Source of the DNA: Bacteroidota bacterium
GTDB lineage: Bacteria > Bacteroidota > Bacteroidia > NS11-12g > UBA955
Assembly (NCBI GenBank): GCA_046074125.1
Contig: JBJTNN010000299.1
Location: forward strand, 1 to 50,507
Direction: 5' to 3'
Length of the DNA: 50,507 nt
Of the stretch, positions 27,097-35,842 are shown one piece after another. The notes under the pieces are model-generated. The model saw nothing but the letters and a program-made list of their open reading frames with translations. It was not told the DNA's origin and did not search any database. The first letter of the stretch is position 1, and each line of letters begins with the position of its first letter. Position numbers and translations under genes: made by a program.

Positions 27097-29205
27097 ATGA
27101 AAAGAATATTTGGATTGATGGTTTTTGGTGGACTGTTTTTTGGAATGGCCCAAGCGCAAACCGAGTCAAAAGCGGTTCCATTTGTGTTCAGTATCGACAA
27201 AGAAAAGGTGTATGCAGACGAGTTCGAGCGACAGTATTTGAAGAACATCAATTTGAAGGAGGATGCGGTGACTTCCAAGGACATTCGCAATTATTTGGAT
27301 TTGTACATCAAGTTTAAATTGAAGGTTCAGGATGCCAAGGATGCAGGGTTGGATACGGTGACTGCGTATACGCAGGAATTGCAAATGTACAGGGATCAGT
27401 TGGCCAGAAACTATTTATACGATCGCTCTGTTACAGATGCACTGGTGAAAGAGGCTTACGATCGTTTGCAGAACGAGGTTAAAGTATCGCATATTTTGAT
27501 TTTGTGTTCACCCGATGCTTCTGATGCCGACCAGAAAAAGGCCTTGGAGAAAATCGAAAACATTCACCGCATGTTGATGCGCAATCCAACAGCCATCAAT
27601 TTTGGCGATATCGCCAGAACGGAATCTGAGGATGTTGGGACAAAAAGTGCGGGTGGTGATTTGGGTTGGATGACGGCTTTGCAGGTAGTTTATGAATTTG
27701 AAAACCAGGCGTACAATACGCCAGTGGGTGGAATTTCACCGGTTTTTAAAACAGAATTCGGGTATCATATTTTGATGGTGAACGACAAAAGGGCCAATCG
27801 GGGCGACATCAAAGTCAACCATATTTTGGTACGTGTGATGAACAAGGATGAGAGTTCAGATACGGAGGCCCGCAAAAAAATTGACGAAATCGCTTTGAAC
27901 ATCAACAGTGGCAAAGAAACGTTCGAAAACATGGCCAGAACTTACAGCGAAGATTATAACAGCCGGTATAACGGTGGGGCCATGGATTACATCAACGTTA
28001 CCCAATTTGTGGGCGATATTGACCGTCAATACTGGGCTGATCAAGCATTTTCATTGAAGAAAGACGGTGATATTACCGCGCCATTCCGCACCAATTATGG
28101 ATATCATTTGCTTCAGCGCGTGAATGTTCGTCCGTTGCGTTCTTTTGAAGACAAGGAGATGCGATCTATTTTAAAGATGGACGTTCAAAAGAATCAGCGT
28201 TCACAGATTTCCGTGGATTCGTTGGTGGTAAAAATCAAAAAAGAGAACGGGTTTAAATTGAACAATTCGGCGGTTGATGCGGTGGTGAGTTATTTGGATA
28301 GCAATTTCATGAAAGGGAAATTTGATGAAGCCAGCATGCCAGAGTTTCACAAGGTGACCAAAATGGAGGGCAAGAAGAAAGTAACAACCGAGTACAATTT
28401 GCGCAAGATGGAAGTGTTCAAATTGGGCGAGAGCTCGTATTCGGTGGCTGATTTGTTTACCCAGTTTACCTACAGCAACAAACCGGTTGTGGGCACCAAG
28501 AAGGATGGGGTAACGCGCATCATGAATGAGTGGATCGACAAAACTTGTGTTGAGTATCAAAATGATCATTTGGAAGAAAAATCTGTAGAGTTCAGAGACA
28601 TTTACCAAGAATACAAAGAGGGTATATTGATGTTCAACCGAATGCAGCAATTGGTGTGGGATAGGGCAAACAATGACACCGTGGGTTTGAAGATATATTT
28701 TGGTGAGCATCAGGGTGAATACAACTGGAACAATCGTTTTGATGTGGCGGTGTATTTCTGTAACGATGCCAAGATGATGAAAACGGTGGCCAAGCAAGTG
28801 AAAAAGGGCATTTCGGCCGACAGTCTTCGTCGTGAGCACACCAAAAAGAACATTTTGGATTTCAGTTATCGCACGGGAAAATTTGAATTGAGCGATACGT
28901 TTTTGTTTTCACCCTCTCCCATTTTGAAAATGATGTTCGCTGATTTGTCGGCCGAGAAGCCCAAATACAACAAGGCGGGTATTTATCAGGTGGGACAAGT
29001 GGGCGATGATTTCGTGGTTGTGAAGGTGAATGCTTTTTTGCCTGCCGGTCCGAAAACATTGGATGAGACCCGCGGTCCTGTAGCTTCCAAGTATCAGGAG
29101 CAATTGGAAAGGGAGTGGATTGAATCGTTGAAAAACCGGTATGCCGTTACGGTGAATGAATCTGCGGTTCAGGCCATCGAGGCGAAATTGGTCAATAAGA
29201 AATAA
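27097..29205 (+). CDS. Periplasmic parvulin-type peptidyl-prolyl isomerase/chaperone (PpiD/SurA-like, two parvulin domains)
   Basis: Signal peptide MKRIFGLMVFGGLFFGMAQA. Two parvulin signatures: VSHILI...GGDLGW...FGYHILMV and VNHILV...GGAMDY...YGYHLLQ. Confidence 0.8.
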   Translation: MKRIFGLMVFGGLFFGMAQAQTESKAVPFVFSIDKEKVYADEFERQYLKNINLKEDAVTSKDIRNYLDLYIKFKLKVQDAKDAGLDTVTAYTQELQMYRDQLARNYLYDRSVTDALVKEAYDRLQNEVKVSHILILCSPDASDADQKKALEKIENIHRMLMRNPTAINFGDIARTESEDVGTKSAGGDLGWMTALQVVYEFENQAYNTPVGGISPVFKTEFGYHILMVNDKRANRGDIKVNHILVRVMNKDESSDTEARKKIDEIALNINSGKETFENMARTYSEDYNSRYNGGAMDYINVTQFVGDIDRQYWADQAFSLKKDGDITAPFRTNYGYHLLQRVNVRPLRSFEDKEMRSILKMDVQKNQRSQISVDSLVVKIKKENGFKLNNSAVDAVVSYLDSNFMKGKFDEASMPEFHKVTKMEGKKKVTTEYNLRKMEVFKLGESSYSVADLFTQFTYSNKPVVGTKKDGVTRIMNEWIDKTCVEYQNDHLEEKSVEFRDIYQEYKEGILMFNRMQQLVWDRANNDTVGLKIYFGEHQGEYNWNNRFDVAVYFCNDAKMMKTVAKQVKKGISADSLRREHTKKNILDFSYRTGKFELSDTFLFSPSPILKMMFADLSAEKPKYNKAGIYQVGQVGDDFVVVKVNAFLPAGPKTLDETRGPVASKYQEQLEREWIESLKNRYAVTVNESAVQAIEAKLVNKK

Positions 29206-29224
29206 GGTGTTGAAAGTTCAAACG

Positions 29225-30601
29225 ATGCGTGGGATAGTTGCTTGGGTTTTTCTCTTTGTTTGTGGCGCTGTTCAGGCGCAAATCAAACAGAGTGGGCCTT
29301 ACTTGCCCCCGCAATACGTGGATGGTATTGTGGCCGTGGTAGGCAGCAAAATCATCTTGCAGAGTGATTTCGAAACGGAGAAAATGCAGTTAACCAAGGG
29401 GGCTGCGTTGAAAGACTCTCAAACATCGCACTGTAAACTATTGGAAGACATGATCATCCAAAAGTTGTTGTTAAACCAGGCGGAGTTGGACAGTTTGGTG
29501 GTACCCGACGATCAGTTGGAGAGCGAAATTGACAACCGTTTGCGGTATTACCAAAGAAATGCGGGTAGTATGGCGGAATTGGAAAAGTATTTGGGTAAAA
29601 CAGTGAATGAGTTTAAGGATGATATCCGTCCGAAAATGAAGGAACAACTGTTGGCCAAGCAGATGTATGGGGAAATCACCAAGAACATTCGCATTTCACC
29701 TCAGGAAGTGAAGTTGTTTTACGATTCAATCCCGATGGATAGTTTGCCGATTGTACCCACAGAGGTGGAGGTTGGGCAGCTGATGATTGAGCCGATGATT
29801 ACCCAAGAGGCCAAGGATTTTGCCAAAATGCAGCTTGAGGACATTCGGGCGCGTGTGATGCGGGGGGAGAGTTTTGAAAAGTTGGCCCGTGCCTACAGCA
29901 TGGATCCAGGATCTAAAAGTCAGGGCGGCATGTTGCCAGAATTTGGCAGGGGTGAAATGGTTCCTGCGTTTGAGCGGATGGCATTTCGTTTGAAGCCCGA
30001 CAGTGTGAGTCCTATTTTCGAGAGTGATTATGGTTTTCATATCATGAAGTTGTTGAAGCGTAGGGGAGAGCGGGTGATTGCGATGCATATTTTGATTCGT
30101 GCTGAGAATACAACGGAGGATTTTAAGATTGCCAGTATGCGGGTGGATAGTGTGTATCAGCTTTTGCAATCGGGTAAACTTTCATGGTGTGAGGCGGTAA
30201 AAAAGTATGCAACGGAAGACAAGTACAACCGGGATGCTAAGGGCAATTGTGGGTTCATCATGGATCCCATGACGGGCATGCAGAAAACCACGTTTGAATA
30301 TTTGCCCAGTGAGGTAAAAAAGACGGTTGACAAACTCAAACCAGGGGAATTCAGTGAGCCAGAAATGGTTACTACCCAAGATGGCAGGTCGGTGTATCGG
30401 ATTGTATACTTACAATCGTTTGTGGCGCCGCACCAAGCAAACTTAATTCAGGATTACAGTCGCATTCAAATGGAGGCTGAGAGCCGCAAGAAGCAAAAAG
30501 CGGTGGATTCATGGGTATATAAGCATCGCACCAAGACCTACATTCGCATCAAGGCGCGCAATTTGGATTGTGACAATTTAACCGTGTGGGAGCATGAGTA
30601 A
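29225..30601 (+). CDS. SurA-like periplasmic chaperone/PPIase
   Basis: ATG 29225 gives signal peptide MRGIVAWVFLFVCGAVQA. SurA N-domain-like region plus a parvulin domain (GGMLPEF...YGFHIMKL). Confidence 0.75.
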   Translation: MRGIVAWVFLFVCGAVQAQIKQSGPYLPPQYVDGIVAVVGSKIILQSDFETEKMQLTKGAALKDSQTSHCKLLEDMIIQKLLLNQAELDSLVVPDDQLESEIDNRLRYYQRNAGSMAELEKYLGKTVNEFKDDIRPKMKEQLLAKQMYGEITKNIRISPQEVKLFYDSIPMDSLPIVPTEVEVGQLMIEPMITQEAKDFAKMQLEDIRARVMRGESFEKLARAYSMDPGSKSQGGMLPEFGRGEMVPAFERMAFRLKPDSVSPIFESDYGFHIMKLLKRRGERVIAMHILIRAENTTEDFKIASMRVDSVYQLLQSGKLSWCEAVKKYATEDKYNRDAKGNCGFIMDPMTGMQKTTFEYLPSEVKKTVDKLKPGEFSEPEMVTTQDGRSVYRIVYLQSFVAPHQANLIQDYSRIQMEAESRKKQKAVDSWVYKHRTKTYIRIKARNLDCDNLTVWEHE

Positions 30602-31553
30602 TTCGGTAGAGCAAGCAAAATTATTTGGTGCCAAAGTGGCTGCCTTGAAGGCGGAGATCGGCAAAGTGGTTGTGGGACAGGAGGAAGTTGTAGAGGCTTT
30701 GTTAAACGCGGTTTTTTGCCATGGACACGTGTTAATGGTGGGCGTGCCTGGTTTGGCTAAGACGTTGCTGGTGAAAACGCTGTCGCAGACCATGGAACTG
30801 TCGTTTAATCGCATTCAATTTACGCCGGATTTGATGCCTTCAGACATCATCGGCAGTGAAATATTGGATGATTCCCGCAAGTTTCATTTTGTCAAGGGGC
30901 CGATATTTTCAAACATTATTTTGGCAGATGAAATCAACCGTACGCCACCAAAAACGCAGGCGGCATTGTTGGAGGCGATGCAGGAGCGACAGGTAACGGC
31001 GGCGGGGCAGCGATACGATTTGGAGGAGCCATTTTTTGTGTTGGCAACCCAAAACCCCATCGAGCAGGAGGGTACTTATCCTTTACCGGAAGCGCAATTG
31101 GACCGTTTTATGTTCCAGGTGATTTTGGATTACCCCCAGTTTGCGGATGAAGTGAACATTTTGAAACAGACCACAGGTTCGGTTTCTCAGCAGGCCACAT
31201 CGGTCATGAATGCAGATGAAATCAAATCATTTCAAGCCTTGGTGCGTGAAGTTCCGGTCACGGACCATGTATTTGAGCAGGTGGTTATGATGGTGCAGAA
31301 AACCCGTCCGAATACCCCTGGTGCCCACGAGTTGGCTCAGAAATATTTATCGTATGGTGCAGGTCCGCGTGCCGGTCAAAATTTGATTTTGGCGGCCAAA
31401 TGTCATGCGTTGATGCACGGCAAATTCTCGGTAGACAGGGAAGATGTGGTGGCGGTTTCTAAGTGGGTATTGCGCCACAGAATTGTGCGGAATTTCCGTG
31501 CTGAGGCGGAGGGAATTTCGGCGGATCAGGTGATAAACGCCATTTGCCAATAA
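30594..31553 (+). CDS. moxR: MoxR-family AAA+ ATPase
   Basis: Walker A GVPGLAKT, Walker B ILADEINR, and VLATQNPIEQEGTYPLPEAQLDRF typical of MoxR. Its start overlaps the upstream stop by 8 nt. Confidence 0.9.
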   Translation: MSNSVEQAKLFGAKVAALKAEIGKVVVGQEEVVEALLNAVFCHGHVLMVGVPGLAKTLLVKTLSQTMELSFNRIQFTPDLMPSDIIGSEILDDSRKFHFVKGPIFSNIILADEINRTPPKTQAALLEAMQERQVTAAGQRYDLEEPFFVLATQNPIEQEGTYPLPEAQLDRFMFQVILDYPQFADEVNILKQTTGSVSQQATSVMNADEIKSFQALVREVPVTDHVFEQVVMMVQKTRPNTPGAHELAQKYLSYGAGPRAGQNLILAAKCHALMHGKFSVDREDVVAVSKWVLRHRIVRNFRAEAEGISADQVINAICQ

Positions 31554-31554
31554 A

Positions 31555-32190
31555 TTATTTTGATTTTTCTCGGCATCCAAGAACCGAACAAACGGGGCAT
31601 TTTTCTATGATGTGACCGCGTGCGGGGCAGTATTCTCTACCCATAAAAATGATTTGAAGGTGGGCTTTGTTCCATCGATTTTCAGGAATGAGTCTTTTCA
31701 GGTCGCGTTCGGTTTCTTCCACACTTCTTGCGGCACTGAGGCGCCAGCGATAGGCCAAACGATGGATGTGTGTATCTACGGGAAAGGCCGGTACACCGAA
31801 CGCTTGCGACATAACAACAGACGCCGTTTTATGTCCCACCCCCGGCATAGCCTCCAGGGCTTCGAAGGAGGCAGGTACTTCTCCGTTGTGGAGTTCCATG
31901 ATCATTTGTGAGAGGCCATAAATGCCTTTACTTTTCATGGGGGAAAGTCCGCAGGGCCTGATGATTTGTTGGATTTCTTCGACGCTGAGTTTCAGCATAT
32001 CGGCGGGGTTATTCGCTTTTTCGAACAGCAGTGGGGTGATTTGGTTTACGCGTTCGTCTGTGCATTGCGCGCTCAGCAACACGGATACCAGCAGGGTGTA
32101 GGCATCGGTATGGTTGAGTGGAATGGGGGTTTCAGGATAATATTGTTCAAGGGTATCGAGGATGAATTGAACGCGTTCGGCTTTTTTCAT
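31555..32190 (-). CDS. nth: Endonuclease III
   Basis: HhH-GPD (LPGVGHKTA, VDTH) and a C-terminal 4Fe-4S cysteine cluster CPARGHIIEKCPVCSVLGC. Confidence 0.9.
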   Translation of the reverse strand: MKKAERVQFILDTLEQYYPETPIPLNHTDAYTLLVSVLLSAQCTDERVNQITPLLFEKANNPADMLKLSVEEIQQIIRPCGLSPMKSKGIYGLSQMIMELHNGEVPASFEALEAMPGVGHKTASVVMSQAFGVPAFPVDTHIHRLAYRWRLSAARSVEETERDLKRLIPENRWNKAHLQIIFMGREYCPARGHIIEKCPVCSVLGCREKSK

Positions 32191-32193
32191 GGG

Positions 32194-33156
32194 TCAGAAA
32201 AAGTGGAGGTGGTGTTGGGTTGGGGCGAGCGGGGTTTCTGCGAAGGCGCGCTCAAAGGTTTGGTGCAAAATGGGTTGATTCAGAACTCGTTCACAGGCCT
32301 CATGCCATTGGATTTGATGGGCTTCGTTTCGTATTTCAAACTGGGTAATATGGCCTTTGGTTACGACCATGGTAAGGTGGTAAGTATGGTTTTCCAGGGT
32401 AAAGCTGCGGCTGTGTTCGTAAGTGGGAGAATAGCCAAGAATCCATTCATCGGTATGAAATTTTTGGTTGCGCAGGGCGATAATGGCTTGATTTTCTTGG
32501 GGTGTGATGTTGGATGGCACAGCCGTTAAAAGTGGGATCAGCGATTGGGTAAGTGCTGCGATGGTCTGATCCATGTTGGCGAGATGAGGGAAATGGTCGG
32601 AGAGGTTGGTAACGGCTGAGCGATTGCTTTTTACGGCTTTATCGCGGTAGGTTCCATCGGTTTTTAGGGCTTGTCCGAGGTGATGGATATTGGCGTTAAA
32701 AAGGAGTGTTCCGTGGTGAAGGACTCGTTTTTGTTGTTGAAAGATGTGTTGGGCATTGCCTGAAAATTTCAGGCCTTTGTGCAGTAGATCGTCGCGTTCG
32801 GAGTAGGTAGATTCAATGCCCATGGCGGCGAGGGCTTGTCGGATGGGCTCTAAAAACCGTTTGTAGTTCACGGCTTTATCGAGGGTAGTTCCGAGGTCTT
32901 GGATGAAGGCAAAATTGAGGTTTCCGAGGTCGTGATAGACGGTGCCGCCGCCGCTTACGCGGCGGGCGGCTTCGATGCCCAATTGGCGGCAAGCGGCATA
33001 GTTTATCTCAGCGCACAAATTTTGGTGCTTGCCGCATACTACGGCTTTTTCACTGCGCCAAAATAAAAAGAGGTTTTCGGCGGTGTGGTGTAGAAAATGA
33101 GATTCTGCCGCCAGGTTATAATACACATCCGTGGAGGGAGATACAATGAATCGCAT
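32194..33156 (-). CDS. lplA: Lipoate-protein ligase A family protein
   Basis: From the internal ATG: MRFIVSPSTDVYYNLAAE, RRVSGGGTVYHDLGN and KFSGNAQ motifs. Confidence 0.8.
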   Translation of the reverse strand: MRFIVSPSTDVYYNLAAESHFLHHTAENLFLFWRSEKAVVCGKHQNLCAEINYAACRQLGIEAARRVSGGGTVYHDLGNLNFAFIQDLGTTLDKAVNYKRFLEPIRQALAAMGIESTYSERDDLLHKGLKFSGNAQHIFQQQKRVLHHGTLLFNANIHHLGQALKTDGTYRDKAVKSNRSAVTNLSDHFPHLANMDQTIAALTQSLIPLLTAVPSNITPQENQAIIALRNQKFHTDEWILGYSPTYEHSRSFTLENHTYHLTMVVTKGHITQFEIRNEAHQIQWHEACERVLNQPILHQTFERAFAETPLAPTQHHLHFF

Positions 33157-33163
33157 GGGTAGG

Positions 33164-33904
33164 TTAGCTGGCCGACTTAGAACGACGGAGTTCAAAGTTT
33201 TGTCCCAGGTACACTTTGCGCACCATTTCGTCGCTCGCCAATTCTTCGGCGGTGCCGTGTTTGAGCAATTTGCCTTCGAACAACAGGTAGGCGCGGTCTG
33301 TGATGCTCAGGGTTTCTTGTACGTTGTGGTCGGTGATGAGGATTCCGATGTTTTTTTGCTTGAGTTTGGCCACAATTTGTTGGATGTCTTCCACGGCGAT
33401 GGGATCCACGCCGGCAAAGGGTTCATCGAGGAGAATAAATTTGGGGTCGGTGGCCAGGGCCCTAGCGATTTCAGTGCGCCTGCGCTCACCGCCAGATAGC
33501 ACTTTACCCAGGTTTTTGCGGACTTTTCCTAGGCCAAATTCGGCGATCAGGGATTCCAGCTTTTCTGTTTGTGCTTCTTTGCTTAGGGTGGTCATTTCGA
33601 GGATGGCTTGGATGTTTTCTTCCACGCTAAGTTCTCGAAAAACGGAGGCTTCTTGGGGAAGGTATCCCACACCATTTTGTGCGCGTTTGAACATGGGCCA
33701 GGTGCTGATTTCGGTATCTTCCAGGAATACTTTGCCTTCATCGGGTCTAACCAGCCCTACAAACATGTAAAAAGAGGTGGTTTTTCCTGCTCCGTTTGGG
33801 CCTAGAAGTCCAACGATTTCCCCTTGATTTACTTCTACGCTTACGTCGTTAACGACGCGCTTGGCACCGTATTGTTTTACCAAATGTTCTGAGCGCAGTT
33901 TCAT
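33164..33904 (-). CDS. lptB: LPS export ABC transporter ATP-binding protein LptB
   Basis: 246 aa. [17 protein letters not shown] and [12 protein letters not shown] motifs. [12 protein letters not shown] and the length are typical of LptB. Confidence 0.9.
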   Translation of the reverse strand: MKLRSEHLVKQYGAKRVVNDVSVEVNQGEIVGLLGPNGAGKTTSFYMFVGLVRPDEGKVFLEDTEISTWPMFKRAQNGVGYLPQEASVFRELSVEENIQAILEMTTLSKEAQTEKLESLIAEFGLGKVRKNLGKVLSGGERRRTEIARALATDPKFILLDEPFAGVDPIAVEDIQQIVAKLKQKNIGILITDHNVQETLSITDRAYLLFEGKLLKHGTAEELASDEMVRKVYLGQNFELRRSKSAS

Positions 33905-33929
33905 CTTTACAAATATAGGGCAAAAAATA

Positions 33930-33956
33930 AAGGGCTTCCGCGCAGCGGAAGCCCTT
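33930..33956 (-). terminator. Strong, potentially bidirectional intrinsic terminator hairpin
   Basis: aagggcttccgc / gcggaagccctt forms a perfect 12-bp stem with a 3-nt loop. On the minus strand it is followed by TATTTTTTG; on the plus strand it is preceded by an A-run and followed by TTTT. Confidence 0.65.
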
Positions 33957-33968
33957 TTAAGTGGGACA

Positions 33969-33976
33969 ATTTATCA
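33969..33976 (+). promoter_or_regulatory. -7 box TACCTTTG driving the SRP RNA
   Basis: Matches TAnnTTTG and ends 4 nt before the first base of the terminal helix of the predicted SRP RNA (G33981). Confidence 0.5.
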
Positions 33977-33980
33977 CTAC

Positions 33981-34065
33981 CTTTGCACCGGCGGTACGGC
34001 CAGCTCCCTGTTCACTTCCCCAGGGCCGGAAGGCAGCAAGGACAATAGGTTGTAGCGGCGCGATA
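33981..34065 (+). ncRNA. ffs: Small bacterial SRP RNA (4.5S-type)
   Basis: The terminal helix ggcggta (33981-87) pairs with taccgcc (34055-61), followed by a T6 run. The apical domain-IV signature is CCAGG-GCC-GGAA-GGC-AGCA-AGG (34012-34032), i.e. a GGAA tetraloop closed by GCC/GGC and flanked by the AGG/AGCA symmetric loop. The RNA lies in an otherwise non-coding gap. Confidence 0.78.
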
Positions 34066-34088
34066 CCGCCTTTTTTATTTTCCCTGTT

Positions 34089-35651
34089 TTAGTATTGGTT
34101 TGATTTTTTGGGACTGCGACCTGCACCACCCCAGCGGGTATTGTTGCGGTTGCCGTTTCCACCTGAACCACCGGCGTTAGCGCCTTGGTAACCGCCAGAG
34201 GGTCTTTCAGAGCGACTTTCTCTTGGTGAAGACGAGAAGTTTCCACCGGGGTTAAACCCACCGCGGTCTTTGCCGTAGCCAGAACCACCACGGTCAGAAC
34301 CGCCTTTGAATCCACCACCGCCGTTGCCGTAGCCAGATCCGCCGCGATTTCCGCCATAGCTTCCACCACCGTATCCACCTGAGCCACCGCGGTTTCCGCC
34401 GTAGCCGCCCCCATTTCCGCCACGGTTTCCACCGTATCCGCCGCCGCCGCGATTTTTGTTGCCATAACCTCGATGGAATCCAGATCCTGCACCGTTACCA
34501 CCACCACTTCTGCGTTGGGGCAACTCGATGCGATAATCGTGTTCCATTTCGGTCATGCATTCGCGACCGTGTACTTTATAAATTTGTTCTAAGAGGTTGG
34601 CTTCTGAACGCTCGCAGAAAGAAATGGCGATTCCTTCGGCACCGGCGCGACCTGTACGACCAATTCGGTGGGTATGGGTATCGGCATCCATGGCGATATC
34701 ATAGTTCAACACATAGTTCAATTCTTTTACGTCTACACCACGAGCGGCAACGTCTGTTGCGATCAACAATTTGGCACGGCCACGTTTGAACATGTCGAGG
34801 TTGTGTGAGCGCTCGCGCTGTGATTTGTCGCCATGAATGGCAACGGCCGAGTAACCATCGTCTTTCAGCGACATCACCAATTTATCTGCGCCGTGTTTGG
34901 TTTTTGTAAACACCAACATGGCTTCAATGGCGGGGTCTTCCAGCATATCACGCAGCAAAGCATATTTGTTGTTGCGATCTACGGCGAACAGCCATTGGGT
35001 GATTTTTGGTTTGTCTTCGATGTTAGGCAGGATATCGATGTGTTCGGGATCCACCAACATTTCAGAGGCCAATTGCTTGATTTCACGGGGAGCGGTGGCG
35101 GAGAACAACAAGGTTTGCTTGCGTTCTGCCAACATCAATTTGCCGATGGCACGGATATCCGCAACAAAGCCCATGTCGAGCATGCGATCACACTCATCCA
35201 ACACGAAAGTTTGGATGCCTGAAAGATCGATAAATCCTTGTTCGATGAGGTCGAGCAAACGTCCGGGCGTAGCGATAATCACTTGACAGCCGCGACGGAT
35301 TTCTTGTACTTGGCGCATTTGAGATACACCGCCGTAAACCAAGGCGATGCGCAGGTTGGTTCCACTGGCGTACTTCTTAAAGTTATCGGAAATTTGGTGT
35401 GCCAACTCACGGGTAGGTGCCAACACCAAAGCATGGGTTTTGCGTTGGGGGTTGTTGATGATTTGTTGGAGGATGGGAATGGCGAAAGCCGCGGTTTTCC
35501 CGGTGCCTGTTGGGGCTGTAGCGAAAAGGTCGCTGCCTTTTAAAATGGTTGGAATGGCCAATGCTTGGATTGGCGTGGGAGAGGTGTAGCCCTGTTCAGA
35601 AACAGACTTCACCAAGGGGGCGATTAACCCCAATGATTCGAATGATTGCAT
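34089..35651 (-). CDS. DEAD-box ATP-dependent RNA helicase (RhlE/CsdA-like) with a Gly/Arg-rich C-terminal tail
   Basis: Q-motif GYTSPTPIQ, then APTGTGKT, PTRELA, the DEAD-box variant LDECDRM, SAT and HRIGRTGRAG. A 139-aa RGG/GYGG tail follows. Confidence 0.92.
   Translation of the reverse strand: MQSFESLGLIAPLVKSVSEQGYTSPTPIQALAIPTILKGSDLFATAPTGTGKTAAFAIPILQQIINNPQRKTHALVLAPTRELAHQISDNFKKYASGTNLRIALVYGGVSQMRQVQEIRRGCQVIIATPGRLLDLIEQGFIDLSGIQTFVLDECDRMLDMGFVADIRAIGKLMLAERKQTLLFSATAPREIKQLASEMLVDPEHIDILPNIEDKPKITQWLFAVDRNNKYALLRDMLEDPAIEAMLVFTKTKHGADKLVMSLKDDGYSAVAIHGDKSQRERSHNLDMFKRGRAKLLIATDVAARGVDVKELNYVLNYDIAMDADTHTHRIGRTGRAGAEGIAISFCERSEANLLEQIYKVHGRECMTEMEHDYRIELPQRRSGGGNGAGSGFHRGYGNKNRGGGGYGGNRGGNGGGYGGNRGGSGGYGGGSYGGNRGGSGYGNGGGGFKGGSDRGGSGYGKDRGGFNPGGNFSSSPRESRSERPSGGYQGANAGGSGGNGNRNNTRWGGAGRSPKKSNQY
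34311..34448 (-). repeat. In-frame degenerate tandem repeat encoding GGYGGNRGG units in the helicase tail
   Basis: The protein text reads GGGGYGGNRGGNGGGYGGNRGGSGGYGGGSYGGNRGGSGYG. The DNA shows reiterated ccgcc/accacc units that generate spurious long ORFs in other frames. Confidence 0.7.
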
Positions 35652-35765
35652 GTATGTTTTTTAGATTACTGTCTTACTGCGAAACACTTCTGAGCTAGTG
35701 TTTTTATCGCAAACGGGCAATGAAAGCACGTTGTTAAAGACTGACTCTAGATGAATTAAGCGGCG

Positions 35766-35773
35766 CAAAGATA
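35766..35773 (-). promoter_or_regulatory. -7 box TATCTTTG, candidate helicase promoter giving a ~100-nt 5' UTR
   Basis: Plus strand reads caaagata. It lies about 115 nt upstream of the helicase ATG (35651). Confidence 0.3.
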
Positions 35774-35827
35774 CAAAGAAAAAGTCAACATTGTTAGAAG
35801 TCATAGAATTTAAAGTTATATTGGTCG

Positions 35828-35835
35828 TATTTTTG
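35828..35835 (+). promoter_or_regulatory. -7 box TATTTTTG 7 nt upstream of the carboxyltransferase ATG
   Basis: The text is TATTTTTG-ttgatgt-ATG (35843). Confidence 0.35.
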
Positions 35836-35842
35836 TTGATGT

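Noticed and set aside
28201-28839. 212-aa minus-strand ORF inside the PPIase gene. Similar long antisense ORFs occur at 43482-44132, 22427-22828, 31966-32529, 33300-33770 and 6748-7158.
   Set aside because: Each lies entirely antisense to a gene with strong family motifs. Their products are low-complexity or His/Arg/Leu-rich with no motifs, so they look like frame shadows of the real genes.
33977-34507. 176-aa minus-strand ORF rich in Ala/Thr/Val overlapping the helicase tail and the SRP RNA region.
   Set aside because: It is an alternative reading frame of the GGN/CCN repeat that encodes the helicase Gly-rich tail. Its 3' part crosses the ffs gene, and the helicase frame carries the conserved motifs.
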